Notes under the pieces: generated by a model | What the model was told of the DNA's origin: nothing | What the model saw: the letters and a program-made list of their open reading frames with translations, nothing else | Databases searched by the model: none | Made by a program: the position numbers and the translations under genes | Part shown: positions 12,920-24,749 of the stretch, one piece after another | Numbering within the stretch: position 1 is the stretch's first letter | Layout: every line of letters starts with the position of its first letter | NCBI RefSeq assembly: GCF_004010195.1 | Contig: NC_057719.1 | Coordinates: 56,779,187-56,843,186, forward strand | DNA: 64,000 nt | DNA from: Chiloscyllium plagiosum | Taxonomy: Eukaryota | Reading direction: 5' to 3'

Positions 12920-13680
12920 AATTACCCAGAATCCTTTCTTTATGTTCCAAACATTTCTTCTAAGTGAAACAGTGATTTACTTGCAATTCTTTCAACTTTA
13001 GTTTTATTTATTGTTTACGATGTGGTCTCCTCTACAATGGGAGGATGAAACAAATGGTGTGATTACTTTGTAGAACACCTCCATTCAATCCACAAGCCTG
13101 GCCACCAGATTCCTGTTGCTTGTCATTTCAATTCTTCACCTTGTTCCCATTTTCACCCTTGCATTCATGACTCGCTACAGTTGTCGAATGAAGTTCAACA
13201 AATGTTTAAGAACAGTTGCTCCCCTTTGAATATTCAACAACTTGTCGATTTAATAGCAAGTTCAAAAATTTAAGATCATTATTACTGCAAACATTTTATT
13301 TTAAATTTTTCTTCACTTTTTAAAACTCCTTTCTGTAGTCCCTCCTTGGGTATTTGGACAGTCACTATTCAGCCATTCACACTTAAACTGAACACATTTT
13401 TGTATCTTTACTGTATTACTATCACTCCCTTTGGCTGTGTACCATGAAATCTTTTGTCATTTAATCTTGATCTTCCCTATATTCCTTCATGAACTTCCCT
13501 TTTTGGTTCTTCCTGCCCTATTTCCATTTTAATACATATTATTTATACTGTTCCTTAGATCTAATGAAGGGTCATTGACCTGAACGTTAACCCTGTTTCT
13601 CTCCACAAATATTACCTGACTTTGAGTATTTCCAGTATTTTCTGTTTTGATTTCCAGCACATGCGGATTTTGATTTTGTG
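12920..13680 (+). mobile_element. Old Penelope-like (Neptune-type) 3' fragment with decayed terminal repeat
   Basis: gatgtggtctcctctacaatgggag (CGLLY.GE-like); terminal tctaatgaagggtcattgacctgaacgttaac...ccagcacatgcgga. Confidence 0.55.
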
Positions 13681-13795
13681 TTGTTGCTGCAAATATATAA
13701 CTTGTATTCCAGTTTTATAAACAACTTCACTAAAATAATGTGCAAAATATTCTGGTATCTAATTCAGTTTAATAATTTAGTGCATTTTAGGATTA

Positions 13796-14014
<219 letters not shown>

Positions 14015-17000
14015 TCAAAATTAGAGCAATTACACAAACAAAGATAAAACAACATACTCTAGCGTTAGCTCAAAGTTTACGCTTGGACATTGCATATTTT
14101 TTCTGCTTTACAGCAATGGATTCAGAGAATATACACAAGCAATGATATGGAAGTATATGGAGCATGATTATTTGGATGTGATTCAGAATGATTTTAGGAG
14201 GTCTAAAGATATGGCAATTTGAAACAGAAGCAAAGAAAGGGTACTACGCATGACAGAAATGCAGGCCTCTCTGTAATTTCTGTGAGGGGTCTCCAGCACT
14301 GAGCAATTTGAATCTGAGCCGTGCAACTGATCAACGACCATAATATTGTATTAACTGAGGTTGATCACACCTGGCCACCACGCAAAGTTCAAAAGCTGGA
14401 GTGATTTATAAATTTATGTTCAAGCAATGAATGCAAGTTCATGAAGATCAATGTCTGAGAAAGGAGAATTATACTCGTAAAATGATCTACCTATGTCCAA
14501 TTGGAAAGCCCTGGACAGTGATGAGAAACTGGATGTCAACTTGTTCCCTAAGTTCAAAACATTAACACAGTTTCTTTCTTCAGAGAAGCAGTTGTTGAGT
14601 AATTCTAGAATTCAGTAAAAGCAAAATACTAAAGATTATGGAGATTGGAAATAAAATCAGTGTTAGAGAAACTCAGCAGCTCTGGCAGCATCTGTGGAAT
14701 GCAAGAAATAGTGTTAATGTTTTGAATCCAATATGACTCCTCCACAGAACCAGGATTTTCTGTTTCTATTTTAAATGTTTACTATCTGTAGTAATCTACT
14801 CTCCTATTATATGTTCCCCATTGAGCATTTGTAAGTGATTTGTTTCAACATAAAATGAGAAAGCAGTTATTACTCAGGCAGAGCATTTTTTTTTTAAAAA
14901 GCCTGAGTCTTTTGAATATTGCAAAGGGTTGGGTTTAATGAAATGGAGCTGGTTGCATATTATGAGCAATCAAGTTACGTGCAATTTTTGGATAAAGCTA
15001 TGGTCAAGTATATCATACTAAAACTGAGCTTTCAACAGGCTTCATAAATATAGGGCAAGAGTATAAAACCAAAAAGATTTGCTAAATGTGTAAAATACTG
15101 CAAACCCTCTGAGCATCTGAGGATGCAGTTAAATGTGAGATGGAGTTGGTGGTACAGGAGGTCCAGAAACAGAAGAAGCCACAGTGCACACATTCCTTCC
15201 TTCACCCTCATTATCCTCAAATTCCATGTTGTTCTGGGGAATCTATTTATAGTTCTATATGCTATTTCTGAATAGATGGTGAGGCTGATAGTACTTGAAA
15301 AAGATAACAGATCGAGAAGAACAACTTTTTTACTCTTGAATTGCCTCAGTTTTGTCATTGAATCTAGGCTACTATCAATGTCTCTTTTAAGGTAGTAGTA
15401 GAAGGCTCTCTATGCAATTATGAAGCTATAGAAAGCAGCAGAACCTGTCTCTGGAAATCTGCCACGTTTCAGACAGAAATGTGATCCAGGACTTAGGGAA
15501 GTGGAGATGCAGGTGCAGTCTGGGGCTGATGAAGAAGAGTTTCTCCACCCAAGCAGTGTCTCAAGAATACAGAGGGCTAAATGTTGAGGTAGTGGTGACT
15601 GAGGTGATACTGCCAGTGAGAGAAAGTCCTCTTTATCAACTTCAGCTTCCTTTTCTGCCTTGCCCCCAGCTCCCTGGGCTCTCAGATATAACCTCTGTCT
15701 CACCCTCACTCCCACCTTTCTCCTCATCCACAGCCAGTGGAAAGGGGTGGGGTGGGGTCAATGTCAGCAGCACATGGGCTGTTGCAACAGCCCTGGCGGG
15801 GTGTGCCTGCATGTATGCGACTGCTGTCACAATGCATAGAACATGGTGCTATAAACTGTACATGTGCAGACACATCCTGGCATGTAGATGTCAATTGAGC
15901 ATGTGCAGATGCTTTTATAGAGGTCAGCAGACATCACAGCCCACTTCTGTGCACGTAGCAGACATCTTTGGATAGCCATTCTGTTTGACTGATTTTTTTT
16001 TATAACTATCTTCATAATAATCTAGGAATTGCTCAATCATTAAATGGATTATCTAATCTGCGAATTGCTTCTTTGTCCTGACAGCGAAGCTGCAATTTTT
16101 CTGCTCTTGGCAGCACTTCAGCAAATATTAGGTTTACAAGCATGACTTTCCTGCACAAGCCAAATGAAGTATTGCACAATACATCGAGTTGTTCTGCTAT
16201 TGGCAAAGTAAATACTTTCCCAATTTAGAACACATAATCCAATTAAATTTATTACTGGAATTGGTTATGCTGCAATATTATATTTCAACCACTATTTATT
16301 GATAAATAAAATGAATACAATATTATATCCAATAATGCATCTTTGGGGTAAGAGATAACAGCCAAATGATGCCCTAATATTCATTCATAACAAAATACAA
16401 ACTTTAAGGTGTGAAGTTTCAATTGATTAAAATATAACTGATAAAATTCTGTAGAAAAATATGATTGTAGATTGTCGTTTGTACAATGGGTGCATAAAAT
16501 GTTTTCTCAGCACATCTAAAACATGAATGTACTTTCCAATTATATTAAATTACTGCAAATTCACATGGGGCAACACATAAGACTAGACAATCCATTCAAT
16601 TATTGATTAGTTCCTGTATAATTATAAAGACAACTCCAAGAAAGATGAAGCAAACCCATTTTTGCAAATATTGCCAGAAGAGCAAAATGAAGAATTAAAT
16701 TGATAACAGTTGGATATTTGAATGCTTTGGATCAGACAACACTGTTGATGAACGCAGTTCAACGTATTTATCCAAAGTGAACAAAGTGGCCACACAAAAT
16801 GGGTTTTGTTTAATAAAAAATTTTTAATTGTAACTCATCAGTGCAGTATAATAGTATTGATAAATTAAGTGAGGAAAATTATTGGCCCATGCACTACATT
16901 CATTTAATTTTTTTGAAAGTATGATGCATTTGATCAAGAAACAATAATGATAAAGAAAGTTGATGCAATTAAGGAAGCAAATGGTTGAACTTCCATTGGA

Positions 17001-19936
17001 GCACAAAACCTGATGTTTTATGGAAAATCATCATGCAATATTTTATAGGGGCCAGTCTTCACATTGGTTTCACTTTTCAGTATTTGTGTTGAGGCAATAG
17101 TAAAAATTGTTGGTCATATTTCTGGATTTCAATAATTTTGTTTCATTGTGGTTTGGATACACTATAATAACTTGCAAAAACGTTCTAACTTTAATTCAGA
17201 CAAAATGCCCAAAGCATGACACAGATGAAGAAAATCATGGCTGCTGGAGAGGTGACCAAAAACTTGATGAGAAAATTTGATTTAAAGGAAGCTTTTTAAG
17301 CTGGAGAGAGAAGTAAGCAAAAGTGCAGTCTTTTTTAAAAAGTGAATTCCAACAGCTGACATGAGACAAATAGCAACTAAATACTGACCGATATAAACTG
17401 ATCAGAGAACCAGCATGTATTTGCAAAGACCAAGTTATATAAAGTGTGTGTTAATAAATGTTATTTCTTTCGACTCCAGAGCAATTTGGTAAGGTTTCCC
17501 ACAGAAAAAAACCGAGATTAAAGCACATGGTATTAGAGGCAACCTTTTGACATGGGTCAGTATTTGTTTCTGAAATAAGACACGGCCAGGAGGGATTGGG
17601 TGTATGCACTTGGAACAGAAAAATGCAAAAATGTTTTCTCACAGGAAACTGAACTGGTGCCTCAGCTTGACATTACATTGCCTTCAGAATAGTGATTTGT
17701 AAAGTTGCTGAGTACAATATCAGTTAGCACATTCTGATGGGAGCACAAAGTTTTAAGGACACATTAACATACCTACGACTGAAAAGGAAGATGTCACTAA
17801 CACTTCTGGTATTTCATTTATCAGGTATGCCAAATTTCATAATATTTCATAAAAAATTAATGTTTAAATGCATGGGTCCCTACACTTAATGTAGGCTGGC
17901 TTGTGCTCTTTTTGCGTTACTCAGGAGTTTGAAGAGCCTGATCTGCCCTGTTGTTTGCTCCATAGCCACGCCTTAGTGAATAAGAACCAACTTGCCAACC
18001 AATTTACATCCTTTACCCTTTTCATACAGAGTACTAAGATTCTTTAAAATTTGGTATTCTTTGGATTAGTCTGCTTAGTAGAAACGAAAGGCCTTTGCAA
18101 CATATTCATCTTTTCAGCAGAGATCTGTATAGGTACAGAAGTAACAGGGTTGTTGTCGTGGGTGACTTTAACTTCCCTAATATTGATTGGAATCTCCTGA
18201 GTTCAAATAGTTTGGATGGAGCAGTTTTTAATCGGGTGTGTCCAGGAAGGATTCCTGATTCAATATGTATATAGGCTGACTAGAGGGGAGGCCATATTGG
18301 ATTTGGTGCTTGGCAACGAATCAGGCCAGATGTCAGACCTCTCAGTGGGAGAGCATTTCAGTGATAGTAATCACAACTCCCTGACCTTTACTATATACAA
18401 AGATGGACAGGAGCAGGCGGTATGGGAAAATATTTAATTGAGGGAGAGGGAATTATAATGCTATGAGGCAGAATTGGGACACCTAAATTGGGAACAGATA
18501 TTCTCAGGAAAATGCACAACAGAAATGTGGAGGATGCTTGGGGAGAACTTGCTGATAGTGCTAGATAGGTTTGTTCCACTGAGGCAAGGAAGGGATGTAG
18601 AACATCTAGTCAAGAGGAGGAAGGAAGTTTACATAAGGTTGAGAAGGCAAGAATCAGACAGGGCTCTGGAGGGTTACAAGATAGCCAGGATGGAACTGAA
18701 GAATGAACTTAGGAGAGCTAGAAGGGGGCATGAAAAAGCTTTAGCAGGTAGGATTAGGCAAAACCCTAAGGCATTCTATACTTGTGAGGAATAAGAGGAT
18801 AGCCAGAGTGAGGGTAGCGCTGATCATGGATAGTGGAGGGAACTTATGCCTGGAGTCGGAGGTGGTAGGGGAGGTCCTTAATGAATACTTTGCCTCAGTA
18901 CTCACTACTGAGAGGGACCTTGTTGTTTGTGAGGACAGCATGAAACAGGCTTAAAAGTTTGAACAGATGGATGTTAAGGAGGAGGATGTGCTGGAAATTT
19001 CAAAAAACATAAGGATGGATAAGTCCCCTGGGCCAAATGGGATATACCCAAGGTTGCTGCGTGAAATAAGGGAAGAGACTGCTGCGCCTTTGGCGATGAC
19101 CTTTACATCCTCACTGTCCACTGGAGTAGTGCCAGATGATTGGAGGTTGGCAAATGTATTCCCTTGTTCAAGAAAGGGAATAGGGTTAATCCTGGGAATT
19201 ACAGACCACTCAGTCCTACGTCTATGGTGGGCAAATTATCAATGAGCATTCTGACAGACAGGATTTATGATTACTTGGAAAACCATAGTTTGATTAGAGA
19301 TAGTCAGCATAGCTATGTGAGGGGCAGGTCATGTCTCACAAGCCTTATTGAATCATTCGAAGATGTGACAAAACACATTGATGAAGGTACAGCATGTGGT
19401 GTTCATGGATTTTAGCAAGGTGTTTGGTAAACACCTTGGTAGGATCATTCAGAAAGTAAGGAAGCATGGGATACAGGTAAAGTTGGTTGTTTGGATACAG
19501 AATTGGCTGGTCCATAGATGACAGAGGGTGGTAACAGATGGAAAGTATTGAGCCTGGAGCTCTGTGACCAGTGGAGTTCCGCAGTGATCTGTTCTGGGAT
19601 CTCTGCTCTTTGTGATTTTTATAAATGACTTGGATGAAGAGGTGGTTAGTATGATAGGGAAGTTCAAGTCACCTATGACAACAACCCTGTTACTTCTGTC
19701 CTTTACAGACCTCTATACTGCTGAAAAGCTGGACGTTGCTACAGCCGATGACATGAAGGTTGATGGAGTGTTGGATAGTGTGGAGGTCTGTTGTAGGTTG
19801 CAACGGGACATTGGCAGGATGAAGTAGTGGCAGATGGAGTTCAACCTGGAAAAGTGTGAAGTGATTCATTTTAGAAGGTTGAATTTGAATGCAGAATACA
19901 GGGTTAAAGGGAGAATTCTTGGTAGTGTGGAGGAAT

Positions 19937-20160
19937 GGGCTGAAAAATGTGTTGCTGGAAAAGCGCAGCAGGTCAGGCAGCATCCAAGGAGCAGGAGAAT
20001 CGACGTTTTCGGCATAAGCCCTTCTTCAGGAATCCTGAAGAAAGGCTTATGCCCGAAACGTCGATTCTCCTGCTCCTTGGATGCTGCCTGACCTGCTGCG
20101 CTTTTCCAGCAACACATTTTTCAGCTCTGATCTCCAGCATCTGCAGTTCTCACTTTCTCC
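19937..20160. mobile_element. Palindromic Penelope-terminus mini-element (~93-bp arms), 14-bp TSD
   Basis: Arms 19939-20031 and 20033-20125; TSD tagtRtggaggaat at 19923-19936 and 20161-20174; interrupts CR1 ORF2. Confidence 0.88.
20030..20067 (+). ncRNA. Minimal hammerhead ribozyme motif
   Basis: gaatc-CTGAAGA-a-AGGC(ttat)GCCC-GAAA-C-GTC-gattc; 5-bp stem I, one stem II mismatch. Confidence 0.6.
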
Positions 20161-22845
20161 TAGTATGGAGGAATAGAGGGATTTTGGAGTCCATGTCCAT
20201 AGGTCCCTCAAAGTTGCCACCCAAGTTAATAGGGTTATTAAGAAGGCATACAGTATGTTAGCTTTCATTCGCAGGGAGACTGAGTTTAAGAGCCACAAGG
20301 TAATGCCGCAACTCTATAGAGCTCTGGTTAGACCACAGTTGGAATATTGTGTACAGTTCTGGTTGTCTCATTACAGAAAGGATGTGGAAGCTTCAGGGAG
20401 GGTGCAGAGGAGACTTACCAGAATGCTGCTTGGACTGGAGAGTATGTTTTATGAAGAAAGATTAAGGGAGCTAAGGCTTTTTTCATCGGAGCGAAGAAGG
20501 GTGAGAGGCAAATTGATAGAGGTGTACAAGATTGGGAGAGGCATAGATAGAGTAGGTAGCCAAAGACGTTTTCCCAGGGCGGAAATGGTCATCACAAGGG
20601 AGCATAATTTTAAGGTGATTGGAGGAAGGTTTAGAGAAGATGTCACAGGTAGGTTCTTTACACAGAAAGTGGTGGGTGCATGGAATGCACTGCCAGTGAT
20701 AGTAGTAGAGACAGATACATTAGGGACATTCAAGCAACTCTTGGATAGGTACATGGATGATAGTAAAATGAAGGGTACATAGGTTAGTTTGATCTTAGAG
20801 TAAGATAAAAGTTTGGCACAACATCAAGGGCCGAAGGGCCTGTCCTGTGATGTACTGTTCGGTGTTCTATGTACTCCCGTATTAAGTAAATGGTTAAATT
20901 GCGCGAGGCAGGGTTCAACATGGGCAAGTGCAAGATGACCTATTCTGAATCTAAGAATGATATTTACTGAATGGTTTTGAGCTGTGGAGGGGCAAGGAAA
21001 TTTAGCAACCCATTTACAGAAAGCACTAAAAAATGGCCAGTTAAGTAAGTAATTAAAAGTGAAAGAAATCTTAGGTTCATCTGTGAAGAACTGGAATGTG
21101 AAGGGATGGAAAACACAGAATCCTACAAGTAATCTTTGAAAGTACAGTTATCCACTTAAGACCTCAACCTGAAACAATTTGAATTTTTCTATAGTCTTTC
21201 CTCTTGATCACTACAACAATTTCAGTAAGTTACAACACACAAATCAACTGATAGGAACTACTGCTCTAACTCAAAATGACTAACTGTTAAGCACGATGGC
21301 AACAAGAAATTATTTATTGACTATTCAATTGATTCTGAAAATTTCAAAGCCAGATTGATGTTTTATTGTCAGTACCACTTCACTTTTTTCTCCCTTTGTT
21401 CGTTTATGGGATATGGGTGTCAGTGCCAAGACTAGCATTTGCTACTTTGTTCCTGATTGCCCTTGAACTGCTAAGCCCTTGAAGGCTTCACCACACTGCT
21501 GTTGGTCTGGAGTCTCATATAGACTAGACCAGGTAACAATGGCAGATTTCTTTTCCTAAAGGAAGGAAATAGTCTCTGAATAGAATACATCAAGTTTTCA
21601 GCGATGGATGACATTGAACTGAATTGAATGATTTATTGTCACTTGCATTTTACTGTGAATAAAATGGTAAAATACAGTGAAAAGCTTCAACTGTCGCCGT
21701 AATCTGGTGCCATGGTCACCATTAGAGAGACTAGCATTTTATCGTAGATTTATTAACTGAATTGGAGTTGCACCAATGTCTCCTGACCATTTACCTGGGC
21801 CTCTGGATTACCAATCCAGTATTATTATTACTCTGCCACTATCTCCCTCCTGACAATGGACCGGACATGGATTTATGATTTGAGCACAGTCTAGAATAAT
21901 GGTAATGAAATTTTCCTTTCCTCACTGGAATAAAGCAGTGTTTTTTTCAAATAACTTTTAAAATAAGAGAACAAGTATTAAAATGTGTGTTAAATTATGG
22001 GTATGGATTCCTACTTTTCATGGCAGTATGCTAGTTGTCACATTGATAAATGATAATTCCCTCTGCCATTCTACACTTACACAATTATTTTGTTCAGAAT
22101 CCAAATAAAACTTAATTGTTGCTACCTCCAAAACACCATTCTCAGCCAAGGTCATGTTCACTATAAAGGAAAACGCAAGTAGCAGTGTTTGTTCATGAAA
22201 ACTTTCTTTTGAACACTTTCCTCCTTAAACTGGGTCATTCAATTCTTTTCTTCTCCCCGAAGAAAGAAAGGGCTTTTGTTTTTTTTCTGAATGGGAACTG
22301 ATGAGTCCTTACATGTTGACAGAGAGAGGAAAGACAACCAAGATAAATGAACGAACTAATGCTTATGTTAACTTTAATCAAGGCACGCAATATTGTGGAT
22401 CAACGGCTGGAAAATGGCATTAGAATAGTTAGGCGGTTGCTTTGACCATCACAGACTCATTGGGCCAAAAGATCTATTTTTGTGTTGTAGACCTCTTTGA
22501 ATGTATGACTTTGCCTACACAACTTAACACTACATACTAATATTATCTAATACTTACTTAGGTGGCTAAAAGTTGAGAAGTCAACACTGGCAACAAACAA
22601 AATAATAAACTTTGAAATAAATCCACCAGAATTTTTAACAGATGATTTCATTATGGTAACAATAAGGCATAATGAAAAACCCACTGATACATTGTGCAAT
22701 TTCAAAATCAGATACACCCAGTTTCAAATCAATGCCAACATGAAATAAAATTATATCTGACTTGATACTGTATTTTAATGTACCAAGTTGTCAATTTAGA
22801 AGGTGTTAAGAATATGTGTAGCTATATATTTATTACAAACCATAC

Positions 22846-23001
22846 CTTTTTTGTTAAAGAATCATCTGAATCAGAAGGTATTCTTGTAGATACATGAAAT
22901 ATTACTTCTACGGTGGACGTAGCAAAGTATGGAGTGGAGAGACCAGTGCTTTTATTTCTTTGTAGTCCACCCATGAAGCCACAATGATTAGTAAGGTTAA
23001 C
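22846..23001 (-). CDS. RALGAPA1: RALGAPA1 coding exon, 156 bp ([52 protein letters not shown])
   Basis: Acceptor atgtttcag|GTT, donor AAG|gtatgg; phase 0/0. GFMGGL and EVIFHVST are Rap-GAP motifs. Confidence 0.96.
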
Positions 23002-24749
23002 CTGAAACATAAATAAATGAGACTACAATTAAGAAAATCCAATTTACCAATATCATGAACATGAATTAATTATCTACTTGTTGCGGCCAGAAAATGCTAT
23101 ACGCCGTTAGAGTACATGACAACTGTTAGCATACAGTTATATATAGTCTTAAAATTTTGAGACAGTAAATCTCTACATGATAGTCACTTAATAATATGCT
23201 GGCCAGCTTGTGATTTATCACATGTTATGTGATGTAACACTACTGTGTTGGAGGCAATTGCACTCAATCTGCCCAGGTTGCAAAATCCAAAATAGAAGAT
23301 TGACTGTTATACATGATTTTGCAGTTGTGTAGAACAATCCTGAATTTACTAATATTTATACGAACAACCAATTTTAGGTCATCTGTCAAACTCACAATGG
23401 AGCTTACTTATATTTGCTAGAAGCAACACACATTCAAAGGCAGGAATTCTCTGTAAAGAGAAGGCAGAGTCTTTTTTGAATTGCCGGGAGCTGTTGTTTC
23501 ACATCTGCAACATCTCAGCCAGAGTCAACTTGTTAATCATTCAGCAACCTTTTCTTTTGTAGTATATATTGTTGCAATCATCTGAAATCTGGAATTGTCA
23601 CATTTGCCTTGATGACTGATAGCTAAAAAGTCTTTCTTCTCTGCAATACTCATTTGGAGCACTTGAAGAAAGGTTTCTGTAATGGGGGTGAAAGGACGTC
23701 TTCTATTGTTTAAGCTATGTTACAAGTTGTTCAAGTGACACAAAAGACTGCCTTGTTATGCTGAAATAGAAACCAGTTAAGATTAATGGTTACATCTTTT
23801 CACATGTCACCAGCATAGCTCAATCTCCAAAAATGTATTGTTAACAAGAGACATTGAACCATAATTTATAGTTATCCTTGAGAAATAGCTTAAAATGTAA
23901 GAATGAAAAATATATATACAGGATAAAGAGGGGAGGTAAAACGATGTTAGGGTGAAGTCACAATATTCATTAAGAAAATCATCACAGCCATGAACAGTGA
24001 TGCCAATTTTCAAGTGAGGTGATATTGGCTGAATTGAAGCATTAAAACAAAAGGCTATCACATTCCATGAAATATATTATAGGCATCCAACAATCAGATG
24101 AGGTGGAGAGAAGCAAAAATGTAAACATGTTGCTGAGAATTGCAGAAATAACAGGATCACAGTAGGGAATTCAAATTAGCCTAGCATTAGCTGGGATAAA
24201 ATCAGCATGAAAGTTGTAGATGACAGAATTATGAGTACGCATTCAGGAGAACCTCTTTTGTCACTGCACAGTAAGCCAAACAAGAGAGATTTGGTGACTT
24301 AGTTTAAAAATAAAGCAGGTGGAAGGTGTATGAGCAAGAAACTATTTTAGTGACAGCGATCATAATCCCATTAGACTTAGCACGATATGGGAAATGACAA
24401 TGATGGGTCAAGATAAAAAAACACAGGGGTGGCCAATTTTAGTAGGGTGAGGTGTGAGTTTTGTTTTCACAAAGTAGTCTGGAAGCAACTACTCCAGGGT
24501 AGATCAATACAAGAGTAATGAGCGACATTAAAGGAAGAGATAAAAGAGACTTCAGAACAAATACGTCTCCAGAAGGAAAAAATGCTGCAATTCACAAATC
24601 TAGACATTGTGCATAAAACAGTGGGAAACTTATACAAGATACAAAGAGGACAGTATTGCAGAATGGAAAATGCAGCTGTGAAATTTAAAAAAACAAAAAT
24701 TGTGAAAGCAAAAAGATGAGAAAATACAGGTTTGATGGTTATGGCAAAG

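Larger units (their letters stand above)
18131..20874 (+). mobile_element. 5'-truncated CR1 LINE ORF2 (RT) through its 3' tail, with two internal insertions
   Basis: AILDLVL, KSPGPNGIYPRLL, PGNYRPLS, SQHSYVRGRSCLT, IFINDLDE, LYRALVRPQLEYCVQFW, FFTQKVVGAWNALP; tail tgtactgttcggtgttctatg. Confidence 0.92.

Noticed and set aside
15410..15975. Overlapping 105-aa and 164-aa ORFs
   Set aside because: No recognisable domain or splice context; low-complexity or old-repeat-like sequence.
19866..20261. Mirror ORFs MCCWKSAAGQAASKEQENRR on both strands
   Set aside because: A by-product of the palindromic insert, not genes.
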